From Sulfurovaceae bacterium (GTDB lineage Bacteria; Campylobacterota; Campylobacteria; Campylobacterales; Sulfurovaceae), in NCBI GenBank assembly GCA_041654415.1, contig JBAZDL010000003.1, positions 151,601-215,600 on the forward strand: DNA of 64,000 nucleotides, in the 5' to 3' direction. Below, in pieces: positions 56,405-64,000 of the stretch. The notes below the pieces were generated by a model, which saw only the letters and a list, made by a program, of their open reading frames with translations, did no database searches and was not told the origin of the DNA. Position 1 is the stretch's first letter. Each line of letters starts with the position of its first letter. The translations under genes and the position numbers were made by a program.

Positions 56405-59386
56405 ATGACATTAATTGATTTAGTCAAGAAGTATCATGATAATAGACAAGAGTATTTAAACCTAAAGTATAATGAAACACTGCTTCGTAGTGATTTTTTA
56501 GACCCCTTTTTTGAGTTGCTCGGCTGGGATATAAAAAACAAAGCAGGCAAGCCAACCAATGAAAGAGAAGTAATTTTAGAAGAAGCATTAAAAGCAAACG
56601 CTTCCGAACATTCAAAGAAACCAGATTACACTTTTCGACTTTTTTCAGAAAGAAAATACTTTTTAGAAGCAAAGAAGCCTTGTGTTTTAATTGAATCAAG
56701 CAATGAGACAGCAAAGCAAGTTAGGCGATATGGTTTTACAGCCAAATTAAAAATTTCCGTTTTGTCAAATTTTGAATATCTTATCATTTATGACACTTCG
56801 GTAAAAGTTGAGAAAGACGATATTTATCAAAAAGCACTTATAAAAAAGTACCACTATACCGAATACGAAAGTAAGTTTTATGAAATCCAACAACTTTTAG
56901 GGAAGGAATCTGTTTATTCAGGAGTATTTGATATAGAATGGCAAGAGATTGAAACAAAAATTAATCATTATTCCATTGACAATTTATTCCTGAATCAAAT
57001 CAATGAATGGAGAAAGACACTTGGAACTGAAATTTTCAAATATGAACCGGAAATTAATGAAAAACAATTAAATGATATTGTTCAAAGCTACCTGAACCGC
57101 GTGTTGTTTCTGAGGGTTTGCGAAGACAGAAATCTTGAAGACTACCAAACACTTTTAAAGTTAGCCAATACAAATGACTTTAAGGCACTAATTAAAAAAT
57201 TTAAAGAAGCGGACAAACACTATAATTCAGGACTTTTCGACCAGTTATTAAAAGACAAGATTATAGAAAATATAAGTTCAGTATTTTGGACAATAATTAA
57301 ACAACTTTATTATCCTGAAAGTCCTTATTCTTTCAGTGTTTTTTCATCTGATATCTTAGGTAGTATATATGAAATCTTCCTTTCAGAAAAATTGACCGTA
57401 CAAAACGGTTCGATTGCTTTAGTGAAAAAGCCTGAAAATGTTGAGCGTGATATCATTACGACACCAACTTTCATAATTAGTGATATTTTGAGAAATACTG
57501 TTTTGAAAAAATGCGAAGACAAAACAGATCAAGAAATTTTTAAATTCAAATTTGCTGATATTTCGTGCGGTTCAGGAGCATTTTTGTTGGAACTTTTTCA
57601 ATTGCTCAATGATGTTTTAATTGACTACTATCTAAAAAACGATAAAACAAAACTAATTCAAACCAATATCAATACGTACAAACTGCCATATGAAATAAAA
57701 CGAAAACTTTTGTTGAATTGCATTTATGGAGTTGATAAAGATTATAATGCCGTAGAAGCTACGAAATTTGGCTTACTATTGAAACTACTTGAAGGTGAAG
57801 ATACCAATTCAACAAATAAAACAAAACCCGTTTTGCCTGACCTTGCAAATAACATTTTTTTTGGGAACAGCTTAATAAATCCTATGCAGGTAACCGACAA
57901 AAAATACAGTGAAACTATTAATCCGTTTGATTTTTCAAAATTACGTTTTGATGTTATTGTTGGTAATCCACCTTATATGAAATCAGAGGATATGAAAAAT
58001 ATTACCCCGAATGAATTGCCACTTTACAAATCCAATTATGAATCTGCTTACAAGCAGTTTGATAAATACTTCTTATTCATTGAACAAGGGATTAACTTAT
58101 TAGCTGAAAATGGAACTTTGGGCTATATTGTTCCAAGTAAGTTTACAAAAGTTGGTGCAGGTAAAAAGCTTCGAGAATTACTTACTAAGAAAGAGTATTT
58201 GGATTCAATAGTTTCTTTTGGAGCGAATCAAGTTTTTGTTGACAAAACTACTTATACATGTTTGCTAATTTTAAATAAGAAACCTCAAAAAACTTTCGAA
58301 TATTCAGAAGTAAAGAGTTTGAAAAGTTGGAAATTAAGAGAACCCAAAAGTATGATATTTACGACAAAAAACACAAAAGAATTATCTGGCGAAGTATGGA
58401 GATTAATTTCTCCTGAGCTAGAATCAGTTTATAATAAGATTATTCATCAAAGTATTTCTCTCGAAGATTTAATAGGAGGCAATAATATTTTTAATGGCAT
58501 TCAAACAAGTGCTACAAACATTTATATTCACAAAGCACTCAAAGAAGATAACAACTATTATTTCTTTAAAAAGGATAATAATATCTGGAAGGTTGAAAAA
58601 GAATTGACAAGACCGTATTTTCAAACATCTAAAAACGATTATAACCTATATACTTATCGTTCTTTCAAGCCCAATAGCTTTGTGATATACCCATACAAAA
58701 ACAATAAAGGCATTACAGAATTTGTAACTATTGATGATTTACGTAATAATTATCCTTATACTTATAAGTATCTTTTAAATTTCAAAGACCTTTTAATAGA
58801 AAGAGACATTCAACCAACTCCTAAAACAAGCGATGAATGGTATCGCTATGGAAGACATCAAAGTTTAGACAAATGCGAAGTAGAAGCTAAAATAGTTGTA
58901 GGTATTCTATCACAAGAAGATGGTTATGCAATAGACTATCATCGTACTGTTATATCATCAGGAGGAAATGCAGGATATGCTATAATATCTTATGATAATA
59001 AACAAGAATATTCAATATATTATCTACAAGCCGTCTTAAATTCAAAGTATGTTGAATGGGTTTGTAGTATTCTTGGTAGCGTATTCAGAGGAGGTTATAT
59101 TTCACACGGAACTCAAGTTCTGAAAAAACTACCTATCCGTAAAATCGACTTTAACAATACCGAAGAAAAAACACTTCACGATAAAATTGTTTTAACTCAA
59201 AAAGAGTTAATCAGCATTTATACACAAATAGATGCAAATATAGGAAATAAAAGAGTTTTGATACCACTGCAAAGTCAGTTTGCAAGAGAAAAAGCAAACT
59301 TAGAAAAATTATTAGCCAAATTATACGATTTAGGCAATGACGATTCGTTAATCCCATTTATCAAAGAATTATATGAAGCTAATTAA
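56405..59386 (+). CDS. type IIG (Eco57I-like) fused restriction endonuclease / N6-adenine methyltransferase / TRD
   Basis: N-terminal PD...ExK (KPDYTF...FLEAKK), SAM motif FADISCGSGAFL, catalytic VGNPPYM, and a C-terminal TRD-like region (NGIQTSATNIYI). 993 aa. Confidence 0.85.
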   Translation: MTLIDLVKKYHDNRQEYLNLKYNETLLRSDFLDPFFELLGWDIKNKAGKPTNEREVILEEALKANASEHSKKPDYTFRLFSERKYFLEAKKPCVLIESSNETAKQVRRYGFTAKLKISVLSNFEYLIIYDTSVKVEKDDIYQKALIKKYHYTEYESKFYEIQQLLGKESVYSGVFDIEWQEIETKINHYSIDNLFLNQINEWRKTLGTEIFKYEPEINEKQLNDIVQSYLNRVLFLRVCEDRNLEDYQTLLKLANTNDFKALIKKFKEADKHYNSGLFDQLLKDKIIENISSVFWTIIKQLYYPESPYSFSVFSSDILGSIYEIFLSEKLTVQNGSIALVKKPENVERDIITTPTFIISDILRNTVLKKCEDKTDQEIFKFKFADISCGSGAFLLELFQLLNDVLIDYYLKNDKTKLIQTNINTYKLPYEIKRKLLLNCIYGVDKDYNAVEATKFGLLLKLLEGEDTNSTNKTKPVLPDLANNIFFGNSLINPMQVTDKKYSETINPFDFSKLRFDVIVGNPPYMKSEDMKNITPNELPLYKSNYESAYKQFDKYFLFIEQGINLLAENGTLGYIVPSKFTKVGAGKKLRELLTKKEYLDSIVSFGANQVFVDKTTYTCLLILNKKPQKTFEYSEVKSLKSWKLREPKSMIFTTKNTKELSGEVWRLISPELESVYNKIIHQSISLEDLIGGNNIFNGIQTSATNIYIHKALKEDNNYYFFKKDNNIWKVEKELTRPYFQTSKNDYNLYTYRSFKPNSFVIYPYKNNKGITEFVTIDDLRNNYPYTYKYLLNFKDLLIERDIQPTPKTSDEWYRYGRHQSLDKCEVEAKIVVGILSQEDGYAIDYHRTVISSGGNAGYAIISYDNKQEYSIYYLQAVLNSKYVEWVCSILGSVFRGGYISHGTQVLKKLPIRKIDFNNTEEKTLHDKIVLTQKELISIYTQIDANIGNKRVLIPLQSQFAREKANLEKLLAKLYDLGNDDSLIPFIKELYEAN

Positions 59387-61004
59387 GAACGCAACAGCCG
59401 AGAAATTGAGAGGTGGCTTTTACACACCAGAGCCAATTGCTGCATTTATTTTAAAATGGGGTATTAATGGCAGTTCGGACTATGAAATATTAGAGCCGAG
59501 TTGCGGAGATGGTGTGTTTTTGGAGCAATTGAAAAAGAATAATCATGAGTTTAAATCAGTTACAGCCATTGAGTTTGACAAGACAGAAGTCGAAAAAGCA
59601 GCCAAAATAAAACTGGAAGGGAAAACTGTAATCAGTAGCGATTTTCATTTGTATTGTAATGAAACAACAGAAAAGTTTGATCTAGTCGTTGGAAATCCAC
59701 CATATATACGTTTCCAATACTTTGATAAAGAACAACAAAACGAAGCTGATAAAATCTTTAAAAAAGCGGGTTTGAAATACTCAAAATTAACCAATGCCTG
59801 GGTATCATTTGTTGTGGGCTCAAGTTTGTTGCTTAAAGAAAAAGGGAAAATTGGATTTGTAATTCCTGCGGAATTACTACAGGTTTCCTATGCTAAACAA
59901 TTACGGGAATTTTTGGCTTATTCATATAATAAAATCAACATTATTTCCTTTAAAAAGTTAGTTTTCCCTGACATTCAACAAGAAGTTATTTTATTGCTTT
60001 GTGAAAGAAATGGGAGTGATTCACATTTGATTGAACATCTAGAATTACAAGATGCTTCCGACCTTGAAAAATTGGATGTAAACAAATTAAAAAGTCCGAG
60101 CAAAAAAATTGACACACAAGCTAATAAGTGGACTTATTATTTCTTGGAACAAGAAGAGATAGACTTTTTAGAGAAATTGAAACATAATACTAAGCTAAAC
60201 TCGATAAAAAAATATGCACGCAATGAAGTAGGCATTACAACTGGTAAAAACAAATTTTTTACCGTGAACGAGTCTATTGTAAATGAGTATAATTTAAATG
60301 ATTACTCAAAACCATTAATGGGGCGAAGTATACAATTAAACGGATTAAATTTTTCCGAATTAGACTGGATTGAAAATATTAAACAAGATGCAAGAGCCTT
60401 TTTGGTTGTTTTTCCAGATAAAGCAACTGTTGCTAAAAATAATGAAAAAGCCTATGAGTATATAAAGTTTGGTGAAGAACAAGGGTATCATTTGGGGTAC
60501 AAATGTAGAATTAGAGGTAATGAGTGGCAAATTGTACCTTCTTTAAAAATTTCAGAAATATTTTTCACAAGGCAAATTCATTTATACCCAAAAATGGTAC
60601 TGAATGAAGCAAAGGCATATACAACTGATACTGTACATAGAGTATATTTAAAAGAAAACGTGAATGATAAAGCCTTTGTGGTTAGTTTTTACAATTCTAT
60701 TTCTTTAGCCTTTTCCGAAATTGTAGGTCGTAGTTATGGTGGTGGTGTTTTGGAGTTGATGCCAAACGAAGTGGAAGAAATATTAATTCCCTATCAAAGT
60801 AAAAACGTAGATTTATTTCCAATCATAGACCAAATGATGCGTGAGAAAAAAAGCATTGATGAAATTTTGAAAATAACCAACAAGCAGATCCTTAAAGATG
60901 GATATGGGTTTACAGATAAAGAAATAAGACTTGCAGATAGTATTTGGAAAAAACTTTCTAAACGTCGTTTAAACAGAGGTAAAGGTAAATCCAAGATAGT
61001 CTAG
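59373..61004 (+). CDS. companion N6-adenine DNA methyltransferase with TaqI-like specificity domain
   Basis: GGFYTPEPIA, ILEPSCGDGVFL, VVGNPPYI, GITTGKNKFF, YGGGVLELMPNEVEEILIP. Overlaps the upstream gene by 14 nt. Confidence 0.85.
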   Translation: MKLIKNATAEKLRGGFYTPEPIAAFILKWGINGSSDYEILEPSCGDGVFLEQLKKNNHEFKSVTAIEFDKTEVEKAAKIKLEGKTVISSDFHLYCNETTEKFDLVVGNPPYIRFQYFDKEQQNEADKIFKKAGLKYSKLTNAWVSFVVGSSLLLKEKGKIGFVIPAELLQVSYAKQLREFLAYSYNKINIISFKKLVFPDIQQEVILLLCERNGSDSHLIEHLELQDASDLEKLDVNKLKSPSKKIDTQANKWTYYFLEQEEIDFLEKLKHNTKLNSIKKYARNEVGITTGKNKFFTVNESIVNEYNLNDYSKPLMGRSIQLNGLNFSELDWIENIKQDARAFLVVFPDKATVAKNNEKAYEYIKFGEEQGYHLGYKCRIRGNEWQIVPSLKISEIFFTRQIHLYPKMVLNEAKAYTTDTVHRVYLKENVNDKAFVVSFYNSISLAFSEIVGRSYGGGVLELMPNEVEEILIPYQSKNVDLFPIIDQMMREKKSIDEILKITNKQILKDGYGFTDKEIRLADSIWKKLSKRRLNRGKGKSKIV

Positions 61005-61019
61005 ACGGAAGACAAAAAT

Positions 61020-63050
61020 ATGAAAATAAAAAAAATTCAGATTAACAATTTTAGGCTTCTAAAAAATACAACTGTAGATTTAGAAGAAGATGTTTCAATA
61101 GTTTTAGGTAAAAATAATAGTGGGAAAACTTCATTTTTATCCATAATGGATAAATTTTTAAATAACTCAAATGGTTTTTCATTTAATGATTTTAATTTAG
61201 AGTTTGTGCAAAGCTTTTTAAAAAGCAATATTAGTAATTCTAGTTTTATTGAAAAGTCGATTAAATTAAAGCTATATATTGAGTATGAAGAAGCCGATAA
61301 TTTAGAAAAAGTTTCAGATTTGATAATGAATTTAGAGCCAAATGACAACATTTTAATTTTATGTTTTGAATATGCTTTAGATGAAGAAAACTACAATAAT
61401 TTAATAGAAGATTTTCATAAATATCAAGAGACTATAAAAGATAAAGACATCTTATATTATTTAAAGAAGAATCACACAAGTTATTTTAAGCCTATAAAAA
61501 AAGCTTTAGAATCAGGCAATGAAGATAATTTTATTTTGATAGACGATGGAATAATTAGAAAAGTCATAAGTTTTCAAGCCATCAGTGCAAAAAGAGGCGT
61601 TGCGAATCAAGAAGGTAGTAAAAGCTCCGATAAAACACTTTCAAGACTCTCATCTAATTATTACGATTACAATAATAAGCCAAATGTTACTGATATAACA
61701 GAGTTGCAAAAACAGCTCATTAGTACAGATGAGCAACTGAATGATAGTTATAAAAAAATATTTGAACCAGTAATTCAAAATATTAAAAAATTTGGCACTA
61801 TCAATCAGGATATTGAACTAGAAATAAAATCAAGTTTGGAAGAAAAAAATATTCTAACCGAAAATACGCTCGTCGCATATAATCATGATGGACATCTTTT
61901 GCCCGAAGATTATAATGGTTTAGGATATATGAATTTATTTGCTATCTTGTTTAATATTCATATTAATATTGACAAGTTCAAAAAGAAAACTGAAGAAACC
62001 GAGCCATCGGCAATCAATTTGCTATTTATTGAAGAACCAGAGGCTCATACGCATCCTCAAATGCAATACATATTTATTAAAAATATCAAAGAGATGTTAA
62101 AAGTTGAAACGGATGGTTTAATTAACCTTCAAACACTTATAACTACACATTCATCTCATATTGCATCTCAGAGTGACTTTAAAGATATTAAATACTTTTT
62201 AAAAGTTTCTAATAGTATAGAGTCAAAAAATTTATCAGTGCTCGAAAATCAATTTGGAACAACTGTCGATGAGAAAAGAAATTTTCAATTTTTGAAACAA
62301 TATTTGACGCTTAACAGAAGCGAGCTATTTTTTACTGATAAAGCAATTTTTATTGAGGGAGACACTGAAAGAATACTATTGCCAGCAATGATGAAAAAAT
62401 TGGACAGCGCAAATCAAAGTACGTCCGATTATACGCCTTTGCTGTCTCAGCATATATCAATAGTAGAAGTAGGAGCTTATGCTCATGTTTTTGAAAAATT
62501 CTTAGACTTTTTACAGATCAAGACTTTAGTAATTACTGATTTAGATGCTGTATGTTGTTCTGAACAAAAGACGGATGATCATGGAAATCTTCTTACTAAT
62601 CAAGATGGTTCGCCCAAAATGACAAAACCTACAGCTTCTAAAGTGATGCAAGGAACAGATACTAGCAATGCTTCAATAAAACATTTTCTAAATGGAAAGT
62701 CTTTTGCTGATTTAAAAGCATTACCACATAAGGATAAAATTTTAAAAGATGACATGTTATGTATTGCATATCAAACAGAGGAAAATAGTTATCATGCTAG
62801 AAGCTTTGAAGATGCTTTTATTCATTTAAACAAATCATTCATATCTACAAATAAAGACAACTTTGGAGGATTGAAGAGTAGAAATCACTTTGATGATTCT
62901 GGAAAAGATGCTTATGCTTTAGCTAATGAATGTATCGATAAAAAATCAATTTTTGCAACTGATGTTTTATATTATGGTGGAGAGCAATTTGAACTTTGGG
63001 AAACACCTAAATATATAAATGAGGGTTTGTTATGGCTATCGAACAAATAA
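61020..63050 (+). CDS. gajA: OLD-family ATPase/Toprim nuclease (GajA-like)
   Basis: IQINNFRLL...GKNNSGKTSFL Walker A, LLFIEEPEAHTHPQ Walker B, Toprim IFIEGDTERILLP and LVITDLDA. Confidence 0.85.
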   Translation: MKIKKIQINNFRLLKNTTVDLEEDVSIVLGKNNSGKTSFLSIMDKFLNNSNGFSFNDFNLEFVQSFLKSNISNSSFIEKSIKLKLYIEYEEADNLEKVSDLIMNLEPNDNILILCFEYALDEENYNNLIEDFHKYQETIKDKDILYYLKKNHTSYFKPIKKALESGNEDNFILIDDGIIRKVISFQAISAKRGVANQEGSKSSDKTLSRLSSNYYDYNNKPNVTDITELQKQLISTDEQLNDSYKKIFEPVIQNIKKFGTINQDIELEIKSSLEEKNILTENTLVAYNHDGHLLPEDYNGLGYMNLFAILFNIHINIDKFKKKTEETEPSAINLLFIEEPEAHTHPQMQYIFIKNIKEMLKVETDGLINLQTLITTHSSHIASQSDFKDIKYFLKVSNSIESKNLSVLENQFGTTVDEKRNFQFLKQYLTLNRSELFFTDKAIFIEGDTERILLPAMMKKLDSANQSTSDYTPLLSQHISIVEVGAYAHVFEKFLDFLQIKTLVITDLDAVCCSEQKTDDHGNLLTNQDGSPKMTKPTASKVMQGTDTSNASIKHFLNGKSFADLKALPHKDKILKDDMLCIAYQTEENSYHARSFEDAFIHLNKSFISTNKDNFGGLKSRNHFDDSGKDAYALANECIDKKSIFATDVLYYGGEQFELWETPKYINEGLLWLSNK

Positions 63051-64000
63051 AACAACATATTCAAAATAAGAAAAACTTTCTTTTAAGTGGTGGTGCTGGA
63101 AGTGGTAAGACATATACACTTATGCAGGTTTTAGATTATGTATTTGAACAAAATAAAAGTGCAAAAGTAGCATGTATTACTTATACAAATGTTGCGGTTA
63201 ATGAAATTAAAGAAAGAAGCCCATACTCCAATTTAACGGTTTCAACAATACATGAGTTTTTATGGAGTCAAATTAAAAATTATCAAAAAGATCTCAAAAA
63301 AGCATTGATTGCATTAATTGAAAATAGTTCAATCAATTATAATGGAGAAACAGCCATCTCTATTGAATATTTTAATGATAAAAAAATTGAATATCAAGAA
63401 TATAAAAAAATTGAAAATGGAGTAGTGTCTCATGATGAAATAATCAAATTGGCTCATTACATGTTTGAAAATTATGAGATGTTGAACAGTATTGTAAAAG
63501 ATAAATTTGATTTTATTTTTGTTGATGAATATCAAGATACACAAAAAGAAGTAATAGATATATTTTTAAATTTTATGCAAAGAGCTGAGAAGAAAAATAT
63601 CTTAGGTTTTTTTGGTGACTCTATGCAATCAATATATGACAGAAGGGTTGGAGATATTGATAATTATATCACTCAAGATGTAGTTGAAAGAGTTCCAAAA
63701 GCTGATAATAGAAGATGCTCTACAGAAGTCATTAGACTTATAAATCATATACGGGATGATGGTATTGTTCAAGAACCTGCAAATAATAATAAAACAGGAA
63801 GTATCAAGTTTTTATATTCGACTAATGAAATGAGTATAAGCGATATTAAACGAAACATTGCTTTTGAAAATTGGAATTTTAGCGATACAAAAAATACCAA
63901 AGAGCTATACTTAACGCATAAACTTATTGCAAAAGAGCAAGGCTTTAGGAGTCTACTTGATATATTTCCAAATGATGATGTTACAAGCGATAAGCCAAAC
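63032..64000 (+). CDS. gajB: UvrD-like SF1 helicase (GajB-like), 5' part; runs off the window
   Basis: My own translation is MAIEQIKQHIQNKKNFLLSGGAGSGKTYTL...IFVDEYQDTQ...FFGDSMQSIY. The frame stays open to 64000. Overlaps gajA by 19 nt. It is absent from the track because it has no stop in the window. Confidence 0.85.
   Translation, partial: MAIEQIKQHIQNKKNFLLSGGAGSGKTYTLMQVLDYVFEQNKSAKVACITYTNVAVNEIKERSPYSNLTVSTIHEFLWSQIKNYQKDLKKALIALIENSSINYNGETAISIEYFNDKKIEYQEYKKIENGVVSHDEIIKLAHYMFENYEMLNSIVKDKFDFIFVDEYQDTQKEVIDIFLNFMQRAEKKNILGFFGDSMQSIYDRRVGDIDNYITQDVVERVPKADNRRCSTEVIRLINHIRDDGIVQEPANNNKTGSIKFLYSTNEMSISDIKRNIAFENWNFSDTKNTKELYLTHKLIAKEQGFRSLLDIFPNDDVTSDKPN

Larger units (their letters stand above)
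49117..64000. mobile_element. putative mobilisable element (partial; replication + MobV module plus defence cargo); boundaries uncertain
   Basis: Contains a replisome-organiser gene, an AlpA-like HTH, a MobV-like relaxase, iteron-like repeats and an oriT-like hairpin. No integrase lies inside the window. Confidence 0.35.

Noticed and set aside
1-64000. Search for CRISPR arrays, rRNA and tRNA genes
   Set aside because: I saw no regularly spaced identical repeats with unique spacers. No rRNA-like conserved blocks or cloverleaf-compatible GC-rich ~75-nt segments appear in any intergenic region I read. This was checked by eye only; tRNAscan-SE, Infernal or CRISPRCasFinder would be decisive.

Overview
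AT-rich bacterial chromosome segment. Gene content and order look like Campylobacterota (epsilonproteobacteria), but that is judged from memory, not from a search. Positions 1-34551 are ordinary core genome: tamAB-like, proA, gatB, a Kv-like K+ channel operon with gpsA, atpB, thiE, a Fur-family regulator, psd, queC, ybeY, mrdA, engB, lptA/lptC/kdsC, hisB, rlpA, tatD, hsp20, polX, SulP and MFS transporters. One small insertion sits at the 3' end of an exonuclease gene. From about 34.6 kb to the window end the sequence is accessory. It holds REP-like palindromic repeats and duplicated small genes. It then holds a vsr-dcm pair facing a four-gene GHKL-ATPase/Z1/PD-(D/E)XK/AIPR operon (Mza-like). 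Next comes a Fic toxin with an unannotated small antitoxin ORF, lodged between duplicated RhuM-family leader repeats. After that is a replication/mobilisation module (replisome organiser, AlpA-like HTH, MobV-like relaxase, iterons, oriT-like hairpin) and a block of unknown-function cargo genes containing a perfect 318-bp duplication. The window ends with a tightly packed four-gene block: an Eco57I-like type IIG R-M enzyme, a companion N6-adenine MTase, and a Gabija-like OLD nuclease with a UvrD-like helicase that runs off the window. I saw no rRNA, tRNA, CRISPR array, integrase or transposase. All protein calls rest on motifs I recognise in the supplied translations. No database search was run.
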